DNA of 64,000 nt from a bacterium BMS3Bbin05 (GCA_002897855.1 BDTO01000020.1:4254-68253), one strand, 5' to 3'. Positions 19,556 through 29,939 are shown, numbered from the stretch's first letter. The notes: generated by a model from the sequence alone, not told the origin. Made by a program: numbers and translations.

Positions 19556-21029
19556 TGTCTGTACCTTCAGATAATTTTGGTTTACTATCGGAGTTAAAGT
19601 CAAACCCGGGATAATCTATTCTTCTGTGAAAAATGCCTGTAAGAATATAGATGAAATGTTTTTTGATAAGTGATAGGTCTTTCAGTGTAAGTTCGCAGTC
19701 ATCAAGCTGCCCGTCTATAAAAACATGATTTATTATCTTGTCAACAAGGGCTTCAATCCTCGATGGCGTGGGATCCTTGAGTACCCTGGAAGCTGCTTCG
19801 ACGGCATCGGCGAGCATTACAAGAGCCGCCACACGGCTTTGAGGTTTTGGCCCGGGATATCTGTATTCCTCTTCAGAGGGGTTTTCTCCCATGTCGTTTT
19901 TTGCTTTCTGATAAAAATATGTTATCAGGTTTGTTCCATGGTGCTGTTCAATAATATCGTTTATTATCTGTGGGAGGTTATACTGCTTCCCGAGTTCGGT
20001 TCCCTCTTTTACATGTGAAATAAGTATCATGCTGCTCATGTGAGGACTTAATTTATCATGTTTGCTGACGGATCCGGCCTGGTTTTCAACAAAATACTCA
20101 GGCATCTTGATCTTACCTATATCATGGTAATATGCGCTTACTCTGGCAAGCAGGGGGTTGACACCAACCGCTTCTGCCGAGGCTTCAACGAGATTCCCGA
20201 CAATTATACTATGGTGATACGTACCGGGGGCCGTTATCATCAGGTTTTTCATCAGGGGCTGATTCAGGTCAAGGAGTTCAAGAAGACTTATGTCTGTGGT
20301 GATTTTGAAAATATATTCGAGTACCGGCAGGGTGATGGATACGATGGCTGCGACGCCGAGCCCGCTAAATGAAGCCGCTACAATCGGTGAGACAGCAGTG
20401 TCCGCATGAATGTTTCCCGAAAAAAGAAGCAGAATAAGCACGGAAAAGATATTGATACCGCTGACAAAAATGCCTGCCCTGAGCAAATCAGACCTTTTTT
20501 TACACCTGATTACGCTGAATGAGGCTATAAGGCTGCCGATAAAGAAGTAGAGCGTTATTGTAGCATCAGACAGCCAGACGCCTGTCAGAAGGGCCGTAAT
20601 AAAAGAAAATAGAAGGGCGGTATGGAAGTCAAAGAGCAATGTCACGAGCAGTGCCCCCGCAGGTATGGGCAGGATGTATTTTGCAGTTTCTGCCGGGAGA
20701 TAACTGAGGCCTATGGACAGGCTGGCGGTGAGATAGTCGAAAAGCCAGCCGCTTGCCAGGGTGCCGACCATGAGTATTCCGAGTAACAGCAATAATTTCT
20801 GCTCACGCATGTATTTGGGGCTGTACCTTATGATATCACCATAATATATTGAGTAAAGCAGGGCACATATGAGGAAAAAACCGAGGAAGCGCTCTAACGA
20901 AAACTCCCTGAGCATTATAAGTGAAGACATAAGAGAAAAAATTATCAGATAAGAAATATTTCTTCTCATGATTCTGGATGAGGCCTTCTTATTAGACTTT
21001 TTCGGTGTGCCGTTTTCCATTAAGTTCAT
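19485..21029 (-). CDS. pgpH: 7TM-HD membrane phosphohydrolase (PgpH-like); start uncertain (21029, 21020 or 21107)
   Basis: Multiple TM helices followed by an HD domain (HHSIIVGNL, YYHDIGK). Confidence 0.85.
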   Translation of the reverse strand: MNLMENGTPKKSNKKASSRIMRRNISYLIIFSLMSSLIMLREFSLERFLGFFLICALLYSIYYGDIIRYSPKYMREQKLLLLLGILMVGTLASGWLFDYLTASLSIGLSYLPAETAKYILPIPAGALLVTLLFDFHTALLFSFITALLTGVWLSDATITLYFFIGSLIASFSVIRCKKRSDLLRAGIFVSGINIFSVLILLLFSGNIHADTAVSPIVAASFSGLGVAAIVSITLPVLEYIFKITTDISLLELLDLNQPLMKNLMITAPGTYHHSIIVGNLVEASAEAVGVNPLLARVSAYYHDIGKIKMPEYFVENQAGSVSKHDKLSPHMSSMILISHVKEGTELGKQYNLPQIINDIIEQHHGTNLITYFYQKAKNDMGENPSEEEYRYPGPKPQSRVAALVMLADAVEAASRVLKDPTPSRIEALVDKIINHVFIDGQLDDCELTLKDLSLIKKHFIYILTGIFHRRIDYPGFDFNSDSKPKLSEGTDNGSRDKRSAETGKNRHEKTPERY

Positions 21030-21882
21030 ATGCCCTGATAATTTCCTGAACAAGTTTGTGCCTGACAACATCATTTTTGGAAAAATAGACAAATTCAATA
21101 CCTTCAATATTTTTTAATATACGTTCCGCATCGATCAGCCCTGAACCTTTTCCTTCGGGGAGGTCTACCTGGGTCACATCTCCCGTAATCACGGTCTTGG
21201 AGTTAAATCCCAATCTCGTTAGATACATCTTCATTTGCTCGGTAGTGGTGTTTTGTGCTTCATCGAGTACAATGAAGGCATCATTAAGTGTGCGACCCCG
21301 CATAAATGCCAGGGGGGCGATTTCAATAACCCCCTTTTCTATGAGCCTGGATGCCTTCTCTGCATCCATCATATCATAAAGCGCATCATAAAGCGGCCGA
21401 AGATACGGGTTAACCTTTTCATATAAATTGCCGGGCAGAAAACCGAGTTTCTCTCCGGCCTCAACTGCCGGCCTTGCCAGGATTATGCGGCTTATCTGTT
21501 TTTTCATAAATGCGTTTATAGCCATGGCCATTGCAATATATGTCTTTCCTGTGCCTGCGGGACCGATTCCTACAACTATGTCGTATCTCTTTATCGCATC
21601 AATATATCTTTTCTGGGTAACATTTTTAGGTATTATGAATCGCTTTTTTGATGACACGGGAATGTTATTAATGAATAGATCTTTCAGGGAGGTTTCACTG
21701 TTTTCCTTGACGGTATTGACTGCGTAACGGATATCTTCCGGTTTGAGTGTGAATCCCATGCCGTAAATGGCCATCATCTCATTGATAAGCTTCTCTGCAG
21801 TACGTGCGGGCTCACTATTGCCCTTGATCGTTATCTTATTGCCACGGCTGCTGATCAGGACCCCGAAAGATTCTTCAATCAC
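20992..21882 (-). CDS. phoH: PhoH-like ATPase; true N-terminus probably upstream of the listed GTG
   Basis: Walker A GPAGTGKT. PhoH-like sequence (LQLELDENQYRILINGFEDIFR) continues in frame upstream, up to about 21960, with no ATG/GTG/TTG. Confidence 0.9.
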   Translation of the reverse strand: MIEESFGVLISSRGNKITIKGNSEPARTAEKLINEMMAIYGMGFTLKPEDIRYAVNTVKENSETSLKDLFINNIPVSSKKRFIIPKNVTQKRYIDAIKRYDIVVGIGPAGTGKTYIAMAMAINAFMKKQISRIILARPAVEAGEKLGFLPGNLYEKVNPYLRPLYDALYDMMDAEKASRLIEKGVIEIAPLAFMRGRTLNDAFIVLDEAQNTTTEQMKMYLTRLGFNSKTVITGDVTQVDLPEGKGSGLIDAERILKNIEGIEFVYFSKNDVVRHKLVQEIIRAYELNGKRHTEKV

Positions 21883-21965
21883 CCTGAAAATGTCCTCAAA
21901 GCCGTTTATCAGTATCCTGTACTGGTTTTCATCCAGCTCTAACTGTAACGTATCCGTAACTCCCC

Positions 21966-22538
21966 CTATTTTTCTACCAATACAAAGGCGTCGAGACCCT
22001 TCATTTTCTTTATGGCCGAAGCATCTTTCCGCGCCTCAGCCATTTCGGAATACCTTCCTGCCCTTACCTTGTATATATGTCCCCTTTTAAGTTTGACACT
22101 AACTACATAACTATTATAACCTTTATCTGCAAGCCTTTTTCTCAGTTTCCCGGCGTCCGAACGCTTCTTGAAAGCGCCTACCTGGATTGCATAAACATGT
22201 TTTACAGTAATTTTTTCAGGAGAGTTTCTTTTGGCAGGCGCTGAATATTCTTTATCCCTGGTTCTTGATGGCCCGGTACTGCTCTCCGGTATATCCAGGT
22301 TCTGTTTTAAACTATTATCCGGTGTTCTGTCGAATTTATCGGGTGTTATGGGAGGGGGTGGCTCAACTACCTCTTTTTTTGTCTCGATTAATTTCATTTC
22401 GTTGAAATTATCACTTTTTTTGCCCACCAGGTAACCAAGCATGAAACTGAATGCAGATATTACTACTACTGTAATAATAAGGATTGACTTGCCTCTGAAA
22501 AAGATTTCGGGGATGTTCGAATAAGACCCGTGCTTCAT
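21966..22538 (-). CDS. SPOR domain membrane protein
   Basis: N-terminal TM helix, a low-complexity linker and a C-terminal SPOR fold sequence (YAIQVGAFKKRSDA...YKVRAGRY). Confidence 0.8.
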   Translation of the reverse strand: MKHGSYSNIPEIFFRGKSILIITVVVISAFSFMLGYLVGKKSDNFNEMKLIETKKEVVEPPPPITPDKFDRTPDNSLKQNLDIPESSTGPSRTRDKEYSAPAKRNSPEKITVKHVYAIQVGAFKKRSDAGKLRKRLADKGYNSYVVSVKLKRGHIYKVRAGRYSEMAEARKDASAIKKMKGLDAFVLVEK

Positions 22539-23542
22539 AGGATAAGCATAGCATCACCATATGAGAAAAATCTATATTTCATCCTGACCGCTTCTTCGTA
22601 TCCCTTCAGGAGATTTTCTCTGCCGGCCATGGCTGAACTCAGAAGTATGGGCGTTGAATTCGGTAGATGAAAATTTGTCAGAAGGGCATTGACCGCCTTA
22701 AAATCATAGCCCGGATATATGAATACATCTGTATATCCGGAAAATCCCCCGTTCCCTTTATTATATCTTTCTTTATCGCTCAGAAATCCTTCTATTGCAC
22801 GCGTTGCAGTTGTCCCTACTGCAAGCACTCTTTTCCCCGATCCAATGTTTTCCTCTATTTCGTTCAGCAGTGAACTGCTTATTTCAAAATATTCACTGTG
22901 CATACGGTGTTGTTCAACCTCATCAGTTTTAATCGGCAGGAATGTCCCGGTACCGATATGAAGGGTTATATACCTTATCTTGACACCAATATCGTTTATC
23001 TCTCTGATCAGCTGCCTGGAAAAGTGCAGGCCGGCCGTAGGCGCTGCAATCGAGCCTTCCTTTTTTGCAAATACCGTCTGGTACCAGTCCCTGTCCGAAG
23101 CTGTTGCCTTTCTCTTTATATAAGGCGGTATCGGCATTTCCCCATACTTCCACAACTTGTTTTTTATGTTGCCATCGCATGTGAACACCGCAGTTTTACC
23201 GTTATAAATATAAGCGCTGATTTGTCCGGATATTTTTAATCGGCCCGTATAGCTTCCCTTTGACAGTATCTCCCATTTATTTGTTTCTATTTCCCTGACG
23301 AGCAGTATTTCAAGAATGTAGCCGGAATGTTTGTAACCGGTTAACCGGGCCGGAAGCACCCTGGTATCATTTAATATAAGGAGGTCGCCTCTTGAGAGAT
23401 AATTTATTATGTCGGGAAAGTTCCGATGCTCTATGGCGCCGTTGCCATGGAGTACCATCAGCCTGCATTTATCCCTCTCGGCATAAGGGATTTGTGCAAT
23501 GAGTTCTTCCGGAAGGTCGAAATCGAAACTACTTGTCTTCAT
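22535..23542 (-). CDS. queA: S-adenosylmethionine:tRNA ribosyltransferase-isomerase
   Basis: FDFDLPEELIAQ N-terminus and GTTATRA motif. Confidence 0.95.
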   Translation of the reverse strand: MKTSSFDFDLPEELIAQIPYAERDKCRLMVLHGNGAIEHRNFPDIINYLSRGDLLILNDTRVLPARLTGYKHSGYILEILLVREIETNKWEILSKGSYTGRLKISGQISAYIYNGKTAVFTCDGNIKNKLWKYGEMPIPPYIKRKATASDRDWYQTVFAKKEGSIAAPTAGLHFSRQLIREINDIGVKIRYITLHIGTGTFLPIKTDEVEQHRMHSEYFEISSSLLNEIEENIGSGKRVLAVGTTATRAIEGFLSDKERYNKGNGGFSGYTDVFIYPGYDFKAVNALLTNFHLPNSTPILLSSAMAGRENLLKGYEEAVRMKYRFFSYGDAMLIL

Positions 23543-24533
23543 ACAGTTCTATTACTGTTCCCGGATAAAAAGTGGCGAGTATTTTTTTGTAATTAACTCC
23601 TTTTTTTGCCATCTCCATGGCTGACCACTGGCACATGCCTACGCCGTGACCATATCCCCTTCCACTGAAAGCAAAAAGGTTTCCATTGACCGAGATGCTG
23701 AACCATGTACTCGGCAGCCTTTTCCATCCGACTGCCTTCCTGAATTTCGTTGCAGTTATAACTACACTGTCTTCGGATGTGTCAATCCTCAGTTCTTTGG
23801 CCCGGCCTGTCCTGGTCCTGGAGATGACTTCGATATTATTAATATTTTTTATATCCAGCGAATTTTGAAGTATATCTCTGGATATTCGCCTTTCCCATAT
23901 ATAATAGGGCGATGCAGTGCAGTCGGTCTTGACCGATGTAAGGTAAGGAAATGATTTTCCAAAAACCTCCTCCGGAAACTCTGTTACTCCGCCCGACGTT
24001 GAATGGTACAATGCATCTATCGGCGCTCCGTTATACGTCAGAATCTCACCTTTCGTTGCATTGACGGCTATATCTACATCCGGATCGGATTTCACTCCCC
24101 TGTACATTTGTGATAATGTGGAAGATGCAAGGTCGTATATACTGCCGTTTCTGTGCCGCATGTTATATATGGCGTATGTCCTTGATGCCACTGCCTGGGC
24201 CTTCAGTGCTTCAATAGGCCAATTCTTGCCTGTCTCGACCTTTACTACACCTTTGACGTATTCTTCCAGCGGCAGTTCGTTAACAACGAAAAGTCCCTGA
24301 TCACTTTTGAAAATCTCAATCTTCCCGCTGTACTGGATCCCTTTAAACAGCAGTTTTCCATTAATATTACCGATTTTTCTTGTGTCGTCAAGTTTCGGAA
24401 TCGACTTGTATTTATTATCAAGAATAAGAACTCTTACGCTGAGTGCGAAAGAGTATGTACCAAAACATAAAAGAGATATGGGGATGATAAACAAGGTCAG
24501 GATTGTCCTTTTTGATATCAGGCTGTGTTTCAT
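23529..24533 (-). CDS. SpoIID/LytB domain protein
   Basis: YHSTSGGVTE and GHGVGMCQW motifs; signal peptide. Confidence 0.85.
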   Translation of the reverse strand: MKHSLISKRTILTLFIIPISLLCFGTYSFALSVRVLILDNKYKSIPKLDDTRKIGNINGKLLFKGIQYSGKIEIFKSDQGLFVVNELPLEEYVKGVVKVETGKNWPIEALKAQAVASRTYAIYNMRHRNGSIYDLASSTLSQMYRGVKSDPDVDIAVNATKGEILTYNGAPIDALYHSTSGGVTEFPEEVFGKSFPYLTSVKTDCTASPYYIWERRISRDILQNSLDIKNINNIEVISRTRTGRAKELRIDTSEDSVVITATKFRKAVGWKRLPSTWFSISVNGNLFAFSGRGYGHGVGMCQWSAMEMAKKGVNYKKILATFYPGTVIELYEDK

Positions 24534-24566
24534 GAGATTAATGGGTCCTCCCGGTATTAAAGTGCA

Positions 24567-24794
24567 CTACCTTTTACTGAAAAAAAGCAGTATTAAACTT
24601 AATACTATGCTGACAAGAATACTCGTTGCAAGCGGGAAATAAAATGTGAAGTTTTTTTTCTTTATCATAATATCTCCCGGAAGCCTGCCGATCCATGGTA
24701 TCCTGCCTGATAACATTAACACAATCCCTATAAGTGCAATTAGAAGACCGGCAATGAATACAAGTTTGCCAATATTATCAATCCGGATGTTCAT
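24567..24794 (-). CDS. DUF2905 family small membrane protein
   Basis: GRLPGDI...FYFPLATS signature. The ATG at 24794 forms an ATGA overlap with the queH stop. Confidence 0.75.
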   Translation of the reverse strand: MNIRIDNIGKLVFIAGLLIALIGIVLMLSGRIPWIGRLPGDIMIKKKNFTFYFPLATSILVSIVLSLILLFFSKR

Positions 24795-25327
24795 GTCTTT
24801 TTGTTGAGGTAACGCTCTTCTTCCGAATAAATGCAACCGCAGTATTTCTGCCTGTAGAGACCGAGGGCTTTTGAGATTTCCACTCCTTTGCTGTACCCGG
24901 TGCGGAAGTCTTCAAAAAAGAATTCCATGTTGTATTTTTCAGCCAGCCTTTCCCCGGTTTTTCTTATAATATCTATTTTTTGGTATGGGCTCACAAGCAG
25001 GGATGTTGTGAATGCATCAAAACCGTATTCTTTTGCTTTTTTTGCAGTTTTCTCAAGTCTGGTCGAATAACAGTATCCACAGCGATTATCTTCCCTGTTT
25101 ACAACCGCCCTTATAAACTCCCTTAATCCGTAATTATCCGAATAATCAATGTCCAGTCTCCACTCTTCCTGGAGATACTTTAAGGCCTTCAGCCTTTCCC
25201 TGTACTCAGAATAGGGGTGTATGTTCGGATTGAACCATAGCCCGGAGGTGGAAATCCCTTTTTCCTTCAATGCCTGCAGGGGATAAAGACAGCAGTTGGC
25301 ACAACATATATGCATAAGGAGTTTCAT
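24791..25327 (-). CDS. queH: epoxyqueuosine reductase QueH (DUF208)
   Basis: HICCANCC and YCGCIYSE cysteine motifs. Confidence 0.88.
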   Translation of the reverse strand: MKLLMHICCANCCLYPLQALKEKGISTSGLWFNPNIHPYSEYRERLKALKYLQEEWRLDIDYSDNYGLREFIRAVVNREDNRCGYCYSTRLEKTAKKAKEYGFDAFTTSLLVSPYQKIDIIRKTGERLAEKYNMEFFFEDFRTGYSKGVEISKALGLYRQKYCGCIYSEEERYLNKKT

Positions 25328-25379
25328 CGGATTTAATTATGATCTTCGTAATGTTTAATTATAACAAAAGGATATAGTG

Positions 25380-26408
25380 TTAGAACAGCTTCTCGGGCAC
25401 CTTTTTCCCCATATGCTCATAAGCTGTTCTGGTGGCGAGGCGACCGCGTGGAGTTCTGTCTATCATACCTTCCTGCAGCAGGAAGGGTTCATATACATCT
25501 TCGATTGTGTCCTTATCTTCCCTGATCGACGCAGCCAGAGTTTCTACGCCGACAGGTCCACCGCCGAATTTATCTATGATCGTTTCAAGCAGCTTCCTGT
25601 CCATTTCATCCAGGCCTTTTTCATCTACATCGAGGGAAACAAGAGAATTCCGTGCAATGCCCAGATCGATATCCCCATTGCCTTTTATCTGCGCAAAGTC
25701 CCTTATTCTTCTCAGGAGCCTGTTGGCTATCCTCGGTGTTCCCCTCGAACGTCCGGCTATTTCTCCGGCGGCGTCATCGTCTATCTCAACCCTGATAATA
25801 ATGCTCGACCTTAACAGTATGTGCTTGAGTTCGGATGTGTTGTAATATCCGAGCCTGTTTATGATCCCAAACCTGTCCCTTAATGGAGATGTGAGAAGAC
25901 CGGTTCGCGTTGTGGCTCCAATCAGTGTAAATTTCGGCAGGTTCAGTTTTAATGTTCTCGCATTCGGGCCCTGACCTATGATGATATCAAGCTGGTAATC
26001 TTCCATTGCCGGATACAGTACCTCTTCAACAATTCTGGGAAGCCTGTGTATTTCATCTATAAACAATATGTCATGTTCCGACAGGCTGGTAAGAATTGCT
26101 GCGAGGTCACCCGGCCTTTCCAGCACCGGCCCGGCTGTGGAACGTATATTCACTCCGAGTTCATGCGATATGATATGAGCGAGTGTCGTCTTCCCGAGAC
26201 CCGGGGGGCCGCAGAAGAGCACATGGTCAAGCGATTCATTTCTGTTCCTTGCGGCTTCAATAAATATGGACAGATTCTCTTTTATCCTGCACTGGCCCAC
26301 AAAGTCCTGAAATGACGTTGGACGCAGATTGACCTCATCGCTGATTTCCTCCTCCCGACCCTGAGCCGGGACTTCAGGAGAGACATTGCTGTCATCGGTT
26401 CTACTCAT
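25380..26408 (-). CDS. ruvB: Holliday junction helicase RuvB
   Basis: [11 protein letters not shown] Walker A and RuvB length and order. Confidence 0.97.
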   Translation of the reverse strand: MSRTDDSNVSPEVPAQGREEEISDEVNLRPTSFQDFVGQCRIKENLSIFIEAARNRNESLDHVLFCGPPGLGKTTLAHIISHELGVNIRSTAGPVLERPGDLAAILTSLSEHDILFIDEIHRLPRIVEEVLYPAMEDYQLDIIIGQGPNARTLKLNLPKFTLIGATTRTGLLTSPLRDRFGIINRLGYYNTSELKHILLRSSIIIRVEIDDDAAGEIAGRSRGTPRIANRLLRRIRDFAQIKGNGDIDLGIARNSLVSLDVDEKGLDEMDRKLLETIIDKFGGGPVGVETLAASIREDKDTIEDVYEPFLLQEGMIDRTPRGRLATRTAYEHMGKKVPEKLF

Positions 26409-26970
26409 TTGTAAGGTATTTTAACGTTTCTCTGATCAGGGTTTCAATGTTCGATTCATTTCCGTTGTATACCCTGTCGAGAGCTTCTGTTGCTGCGCTC
26501 TTTTTATAGCCGAGATTTAAAAGCGCTGAAAGGACATCATCATATATCATGTCTTTTTTGAAGGTTGCAGCGGGAAGTTTCTCTCTGAGTTCAAGAATTA
26601 GTCTGTTGGCGGTTTTTTTGCCTACCCCCGGTATCCTGCTCAGTAATGCCGTATCTTCGGATTCCACCGCCTCAATAAACTTTTCCGCCGGTATGCCCGA
26701 AAGAATGTTCAATGCCAGTTTCGGACCTATGCCACTGATACCGATAAGGGTAGTGAATATATTTCTCTCTTCTTCATCGGGAAAACCATACAACCCAATG
26801 GTGTCTTCCCTTACATGGGTATAAATATACAGGAATAAATCACTGCCTTCCCCGGGCAGAATGGAAAGATTATGGACAGAAAGATGAACATTATAACCAA
26901 CCCCGTTTACTTCCAGCAGAACATTGCCATGTTTTTTGCTGATAAGTTTGCCTCTTAAAGATCCTATCAT
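26401..26970 (-). CDS. ruvA: Holliday junction DNA-binding protein RuvA
   Basis: [10 protein letters not shown]-terminus and HhH GIGPK motifs. Confidence 0.95.
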   Translation of the reverse strand: MIGSLRGKLISKKHGNVLLEVNGVGYNVHLSVHNLSILPGEGSDLFLYIYTHVREDTIGLYGFPDEEERNIFTTLIGISGIGPKLALNILSGIPAEKFIEAVESEDTALLSRIPGVGKKTANRLILELREKLPAATFKKDMIYDDVLSALLNLGYKKSAATEALDRVYNGNESNIETLIRETLKYLTNE

Positions 26971-26974
26971 TTCA

Positions 26975-27490
26975 TCAGGCCTTTCGTGCGAGGGTGGCCA
27001 AATCGAGAGTATTCAGATGGCATAAGGCCAATGCAAGCGCATCTGCACTGTCTTCCGAGAGAATCTGCCTTATATCGAGGATACCGGAAACCATTTCCAT
27101 GACCTGTCTTTTATCGGCCCTGCCATACCCTACGACGGATTTTTTAACCTCCAGCGCACTATATTCGAAAACCGCAAGATTTTCGATAGTTGCAGCCACC
27201 AGGGCTATCCCGCGGGCGTGGCCGAGATTCAATGCCGCCTTAATTCCCTTGGCGAAAAAGATCTTTTCGATTGCAGCCTCCTCCGGTTGATATTCAATTA
27301 TTATCTCGCTGAGATTCGTAAACAGTTCAGCCAGTCTTTTATTCAGCGGGTCTCCCCTGTTTAACGCTATTCTCCCTGAAACGATATATTCAGTCCCATC
27401 CTTTCCGCTTCTTTCTATGATGCCGTATCCACAGAAGATGCTGCCCGGATCGATTCCCATGACCCTCTTATTTTTTCCGTGGCGCTTCAA
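26975..27490 (-). CDS. ruvC: Holliday junction resolvase RuvC
   Basis: GIDPGS...GYG N-terminus and RNase H-like fold motifs. Confidence 0.93.
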   Translation of the reverse strand: MKRHGKNKRVMGIDPGSIFCGYGIIERSGKDGTEYIVSGRIALNRGDPLNKRLAELFTNLSEIIIEYQPEEAAIEKIFFAKGIKAALNLGHARGIALVAATIENLAVFEYSALEVKKSVVGYGRADKRQVMEMVSGILDIRQILSEDSADALALALCHLNTLDLATLARKA

Positions 27491-28058
27491 AGAGGATTTC
27501 CTCTACCATTTCACAAATAATATGTCCGAGTGTGATATGCGTTTCCTGAATTCTCGGGGTGTTGTCGGAAGGTACGATAAAGGCATGAACCGCCTTTGCA
27601 GCGAATTTCCTGCCTTTTGAACCGGTCAATGCAACAGTAACCATTTTTTTCTTTTTTGCAATATCCATGGCCTTGAGTATGTTTTTCGAACCTCCGCTGG
27701 TGCTGATACCTATGACTATGTCACCTTCTTCCCCGAGGCTCTTTAGCTGTTTCGCAAAGACATCCGAGAAATCATAGTCGTTTGCAATTGATGTTATTAC
27801 GGCCATATCCGTATTGAGCGCTATAGCCGGCAGGGGAGGCCTGTCCTTTCTGAACCTGTTTATGAACTCGGCGGCTATATGAGAGGCATCGGTACTGCTT
27901 CCCCCATTACCGAAGATCAATATTTTTTTTCCATTATTGAATGCATCCGCAATGCTTTGGGCTAATTCGATGATTCCATCCATGTATTCATCAAAAAACC
28001 GGCTCTTGACCTCTATACTCTGATTTACAGCTTTCTGAATGGTCTTTTTCATATTCAT
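27468..28058 (-). CDS. gmhA: D-sedoheptulose-7-phosphate isomerase (SIS domain)
   Basis: GNGGSSTDASHIAAEF motif; 196 aa. Confidence 0.88.
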   Translation of the reverse strand: MNMKKTIQKAVNQSIEVKSRFFDEYMDGIIELAQSIADAFNNGKKILIFGNGGSSTDASHIAAEFINRFRKDRPPLPAIALNTDMAVITSIANDYDFSDVFAKQLKSLGEEGDIVIGISTSGGSKNILKAMDIAKKKKMVTVALTGSKGRKFAAKAVHAFIVPSDNTPRIQETHITLGHIICEMVEEILFEAPRKK

Positions 28059-28186
28059 CTTTCTATATTCTGTGAGGCATTGTGTCCCTGTTCATAGTTT
28101 TTGAGTACCGGGGGGCCTTTCTTTCCACAAGATATCGGCACGGACAGCATAAAAAACAGCAATATCGATAAGATCAATTTCTTCAT
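28055..28186 (-). CDS. 43-aa lipoprotein, LptM/YifL-like (not in the ORF track)
   Basis: Translated manually: MKKLILSILLFFMLSVPISCGKKGPPVLKNYEQGHNASQNIER. Has a lipobox and CGKKGP. ATGA overlaps with both the argH stop and the gmhA start. Confidence 0.6.
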   Translation of the reverse strand: MKKLILSILLFFMLSVPISCGKKGPPVLKNYEQGHNASQNIER

Positions 28187-29556
28187 CTTATTACTTTGCG
28201 AAGTCGCTGTATCTGCCTTGCTACTTCGTCGGGAGCTGTACCGCCCAGTGATTTTTTTCTGCTTATGGACGATTCAATGGAAGTAACCGATGACACATCG
28301 TTACCGAAAAGAGGAGAAAATTTTCTGAACTTTTCAGTGGGCAGTTCCTCCAATTTAATACCGTTGTCTATACAGTAGCCGACAATTTTTCCCACGACTT
28401 CATGCGCCTCCCTAAATGGCAAACCTTTCAAGACCAGGTAATCGGCTATTTCCGTAGCTGTGGAATATCCATCAGCTGAGGTCATCTTCATGCGTTGTTT
28501 ATTAATATTTATGTTTGGGTACATATCTATCAAAACTTCAAGTGATACTTTAAGGGTGTCGGCTGTATCGAATATCGGTATTTTGTCTTCCTGCATATCG
28601 CGGTTATACGTGAGCGGGAGACCCTTCATCACAGTCAGCAGGGCTACAAGATTGCCATAGGTCCTTCCTGTCTTGCCGCGTAATAGTTCTGCGACGTCCG
28701 GATTTTTTTTCTGGGGCATAATGCTGGAACCGGTGGTGAAGGAATCGGATATCTCAATAAAGGAAAATTCCTCCGATGACCATAATACAAGCTCCTCAGC
28801 CATACGGCTGAGATGCATCATTATAATTGCGGACACGGCAAGAAATTCAATTGCAAAATCCCTGTCCGAGACGGCATCCATGCTGTTTTCCGATATCTTT
28901 CTGAAACCGAGCTGCTTTGCCAGAAATTTCCTGTCGATCGGGAGGGTAGTTCCTGCCAGCGCACAGGCTCCCAGGGGGAGCACGTCAATTCTCTTTAATG
29001 AATCATCAAATCGCTCCCTGTCGCGCTGGAGCATTTCAACATAGGCCAGGATATGATGTCCCAGCACTACAGGCTGAGCCCTCTGGAGGTGAGTATATCC
29101 GGGCATAACTGTTTTTGTATGTTTTCTTGCGGTATTCAGCAGTATTCTCTGGAGTTTTTTTACGAGACCGGTGATCCCCTTGGTTTCGTCTCTTATAAAG
29201 AGCCTGAGGTCAAGCGCTACCTGGTCGTTTCTTGATCTTGCCGTGTGAAGTTTCCCGCCGGCATTACCTGTCTTTTTGATTAGCGCATTTTCTATGTTCA
29301 TGTGAATGTCTTCGAGGGCGGGGTCAAATCTGAATCTGTCTTCAATTATTTCGGAGTGAATCTCTTCAAGTCCCCTTATAATATCGGCGGCTTCTTTACT
29401 GCTGATAATTTTCCGGCGAGCAAGCATTTTTGCATGAGCGATGCTTCCCATGATGTCATATTTCCAGAGTCTCCAGTCGAAAGAGATGGATTCCGTGAAT
29501 CTCTCAACGCTCATGGCAGTTGCTTCCCTGAATCTTCCTGCCCATGGTTTTTTCAT
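28183..29556 (-). CDS. argH: argininosuccinate lyase
   Basis: Fumarate-lyase signature GSSIMPQKKNPD; 457 aa. Confidence 0.96.
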   Translation of the reverse strand: MKKPWAGRFREATAMSVERFTESISFDWRLWKYDIMGSIAHAKMLARRKIISSKEAADIIRGLEEIHSEIIEDRFRFDPALEDIHMNIENALIKKTGNAGGKLHTARSRNDQVALDLRLFIRDETKGITGLVKKLQRILLNTARKHTKTVMPGYTHLQRAQPVVLGHHILAYVEMLQRDRERFDDSLKRIDVLPLGACALAGTTLPIDRKFLAKQLGFRKISENSMDAVSDRDFAIEFLAVSAIIMMHLSRMAEELVLWSSEEFSFIEISDSFTTGSSIMPQKKNPDVAELLRGKTGRTYGNLVALLTVMKGLPLTYNRDMQEDKIPIFDTADTLKVSLEVLIDMYPNININKQRMKMTSADGYSTATEIADYLVLKGLPFREAHEVVGKIVGYCIDNGIKLEELPTEKFRKFSPLFGNDVSSVTSIESSISRKKSLGGTAPDEVARQIQRLRKVIR

Positions 29557-29560
29557 TGTA

Positions 29561-29588
29561 TTGACATTTTTTACTAATTAAATAAAAT
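29561..29588 (+). promoter_or_regulatory. candidate sigma70-type promoter, TTGACA-16-TAAAAT, pointing away from argH
   Basis: TTGACA at 29561-29566, a 16-nt spacer and TAAAAT at 29583-29588. AT-rich context, so a chance match is possible. Confidence 0.3.
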
Positions 29589-29815
29589 TTATTGATGATA
29601 GTAATTTTGGAAATTCTAACATATTGGAATACGTATAACGCAAGGCATGGTAAATGTTTAATTTGCCGGTTATCTCTCCAAAATGAAAGGTTCTGTAATG
29701 TAATATTATTATACACAAGTAGTTTCCCCGATTTTTTCAGCCCTCAGTGACCTTGCAGGAATAGCCGACCCTGGTCCGGATTCCCGGGCGGGATTTGATA
29801 AATCCATTTTGCGCG

Positions 29816-29848
29816 GGTTCAAGTTTGTAACTTGAACCTCATTTTTTT
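29816..29848 (+). terminator. intrinsic-terminator-like hairpin plus T7 with no upstream plus-strand gene
   Basis: Perfect 10-bp stem GGTTCAAGTT/AACTTGAACC, a 3-nt loop, then TCATTTTTTT. Confidence 0.4.
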
Positions 29849-29939
29849 CTATTGAACCCGTCCTTTATTTATTCAGCCGGGCCGGAAGAGAAATATCAGG
29901 AGCCGGTTGCAAACCTGCTCCCGCAGAAATAATTTTAAT

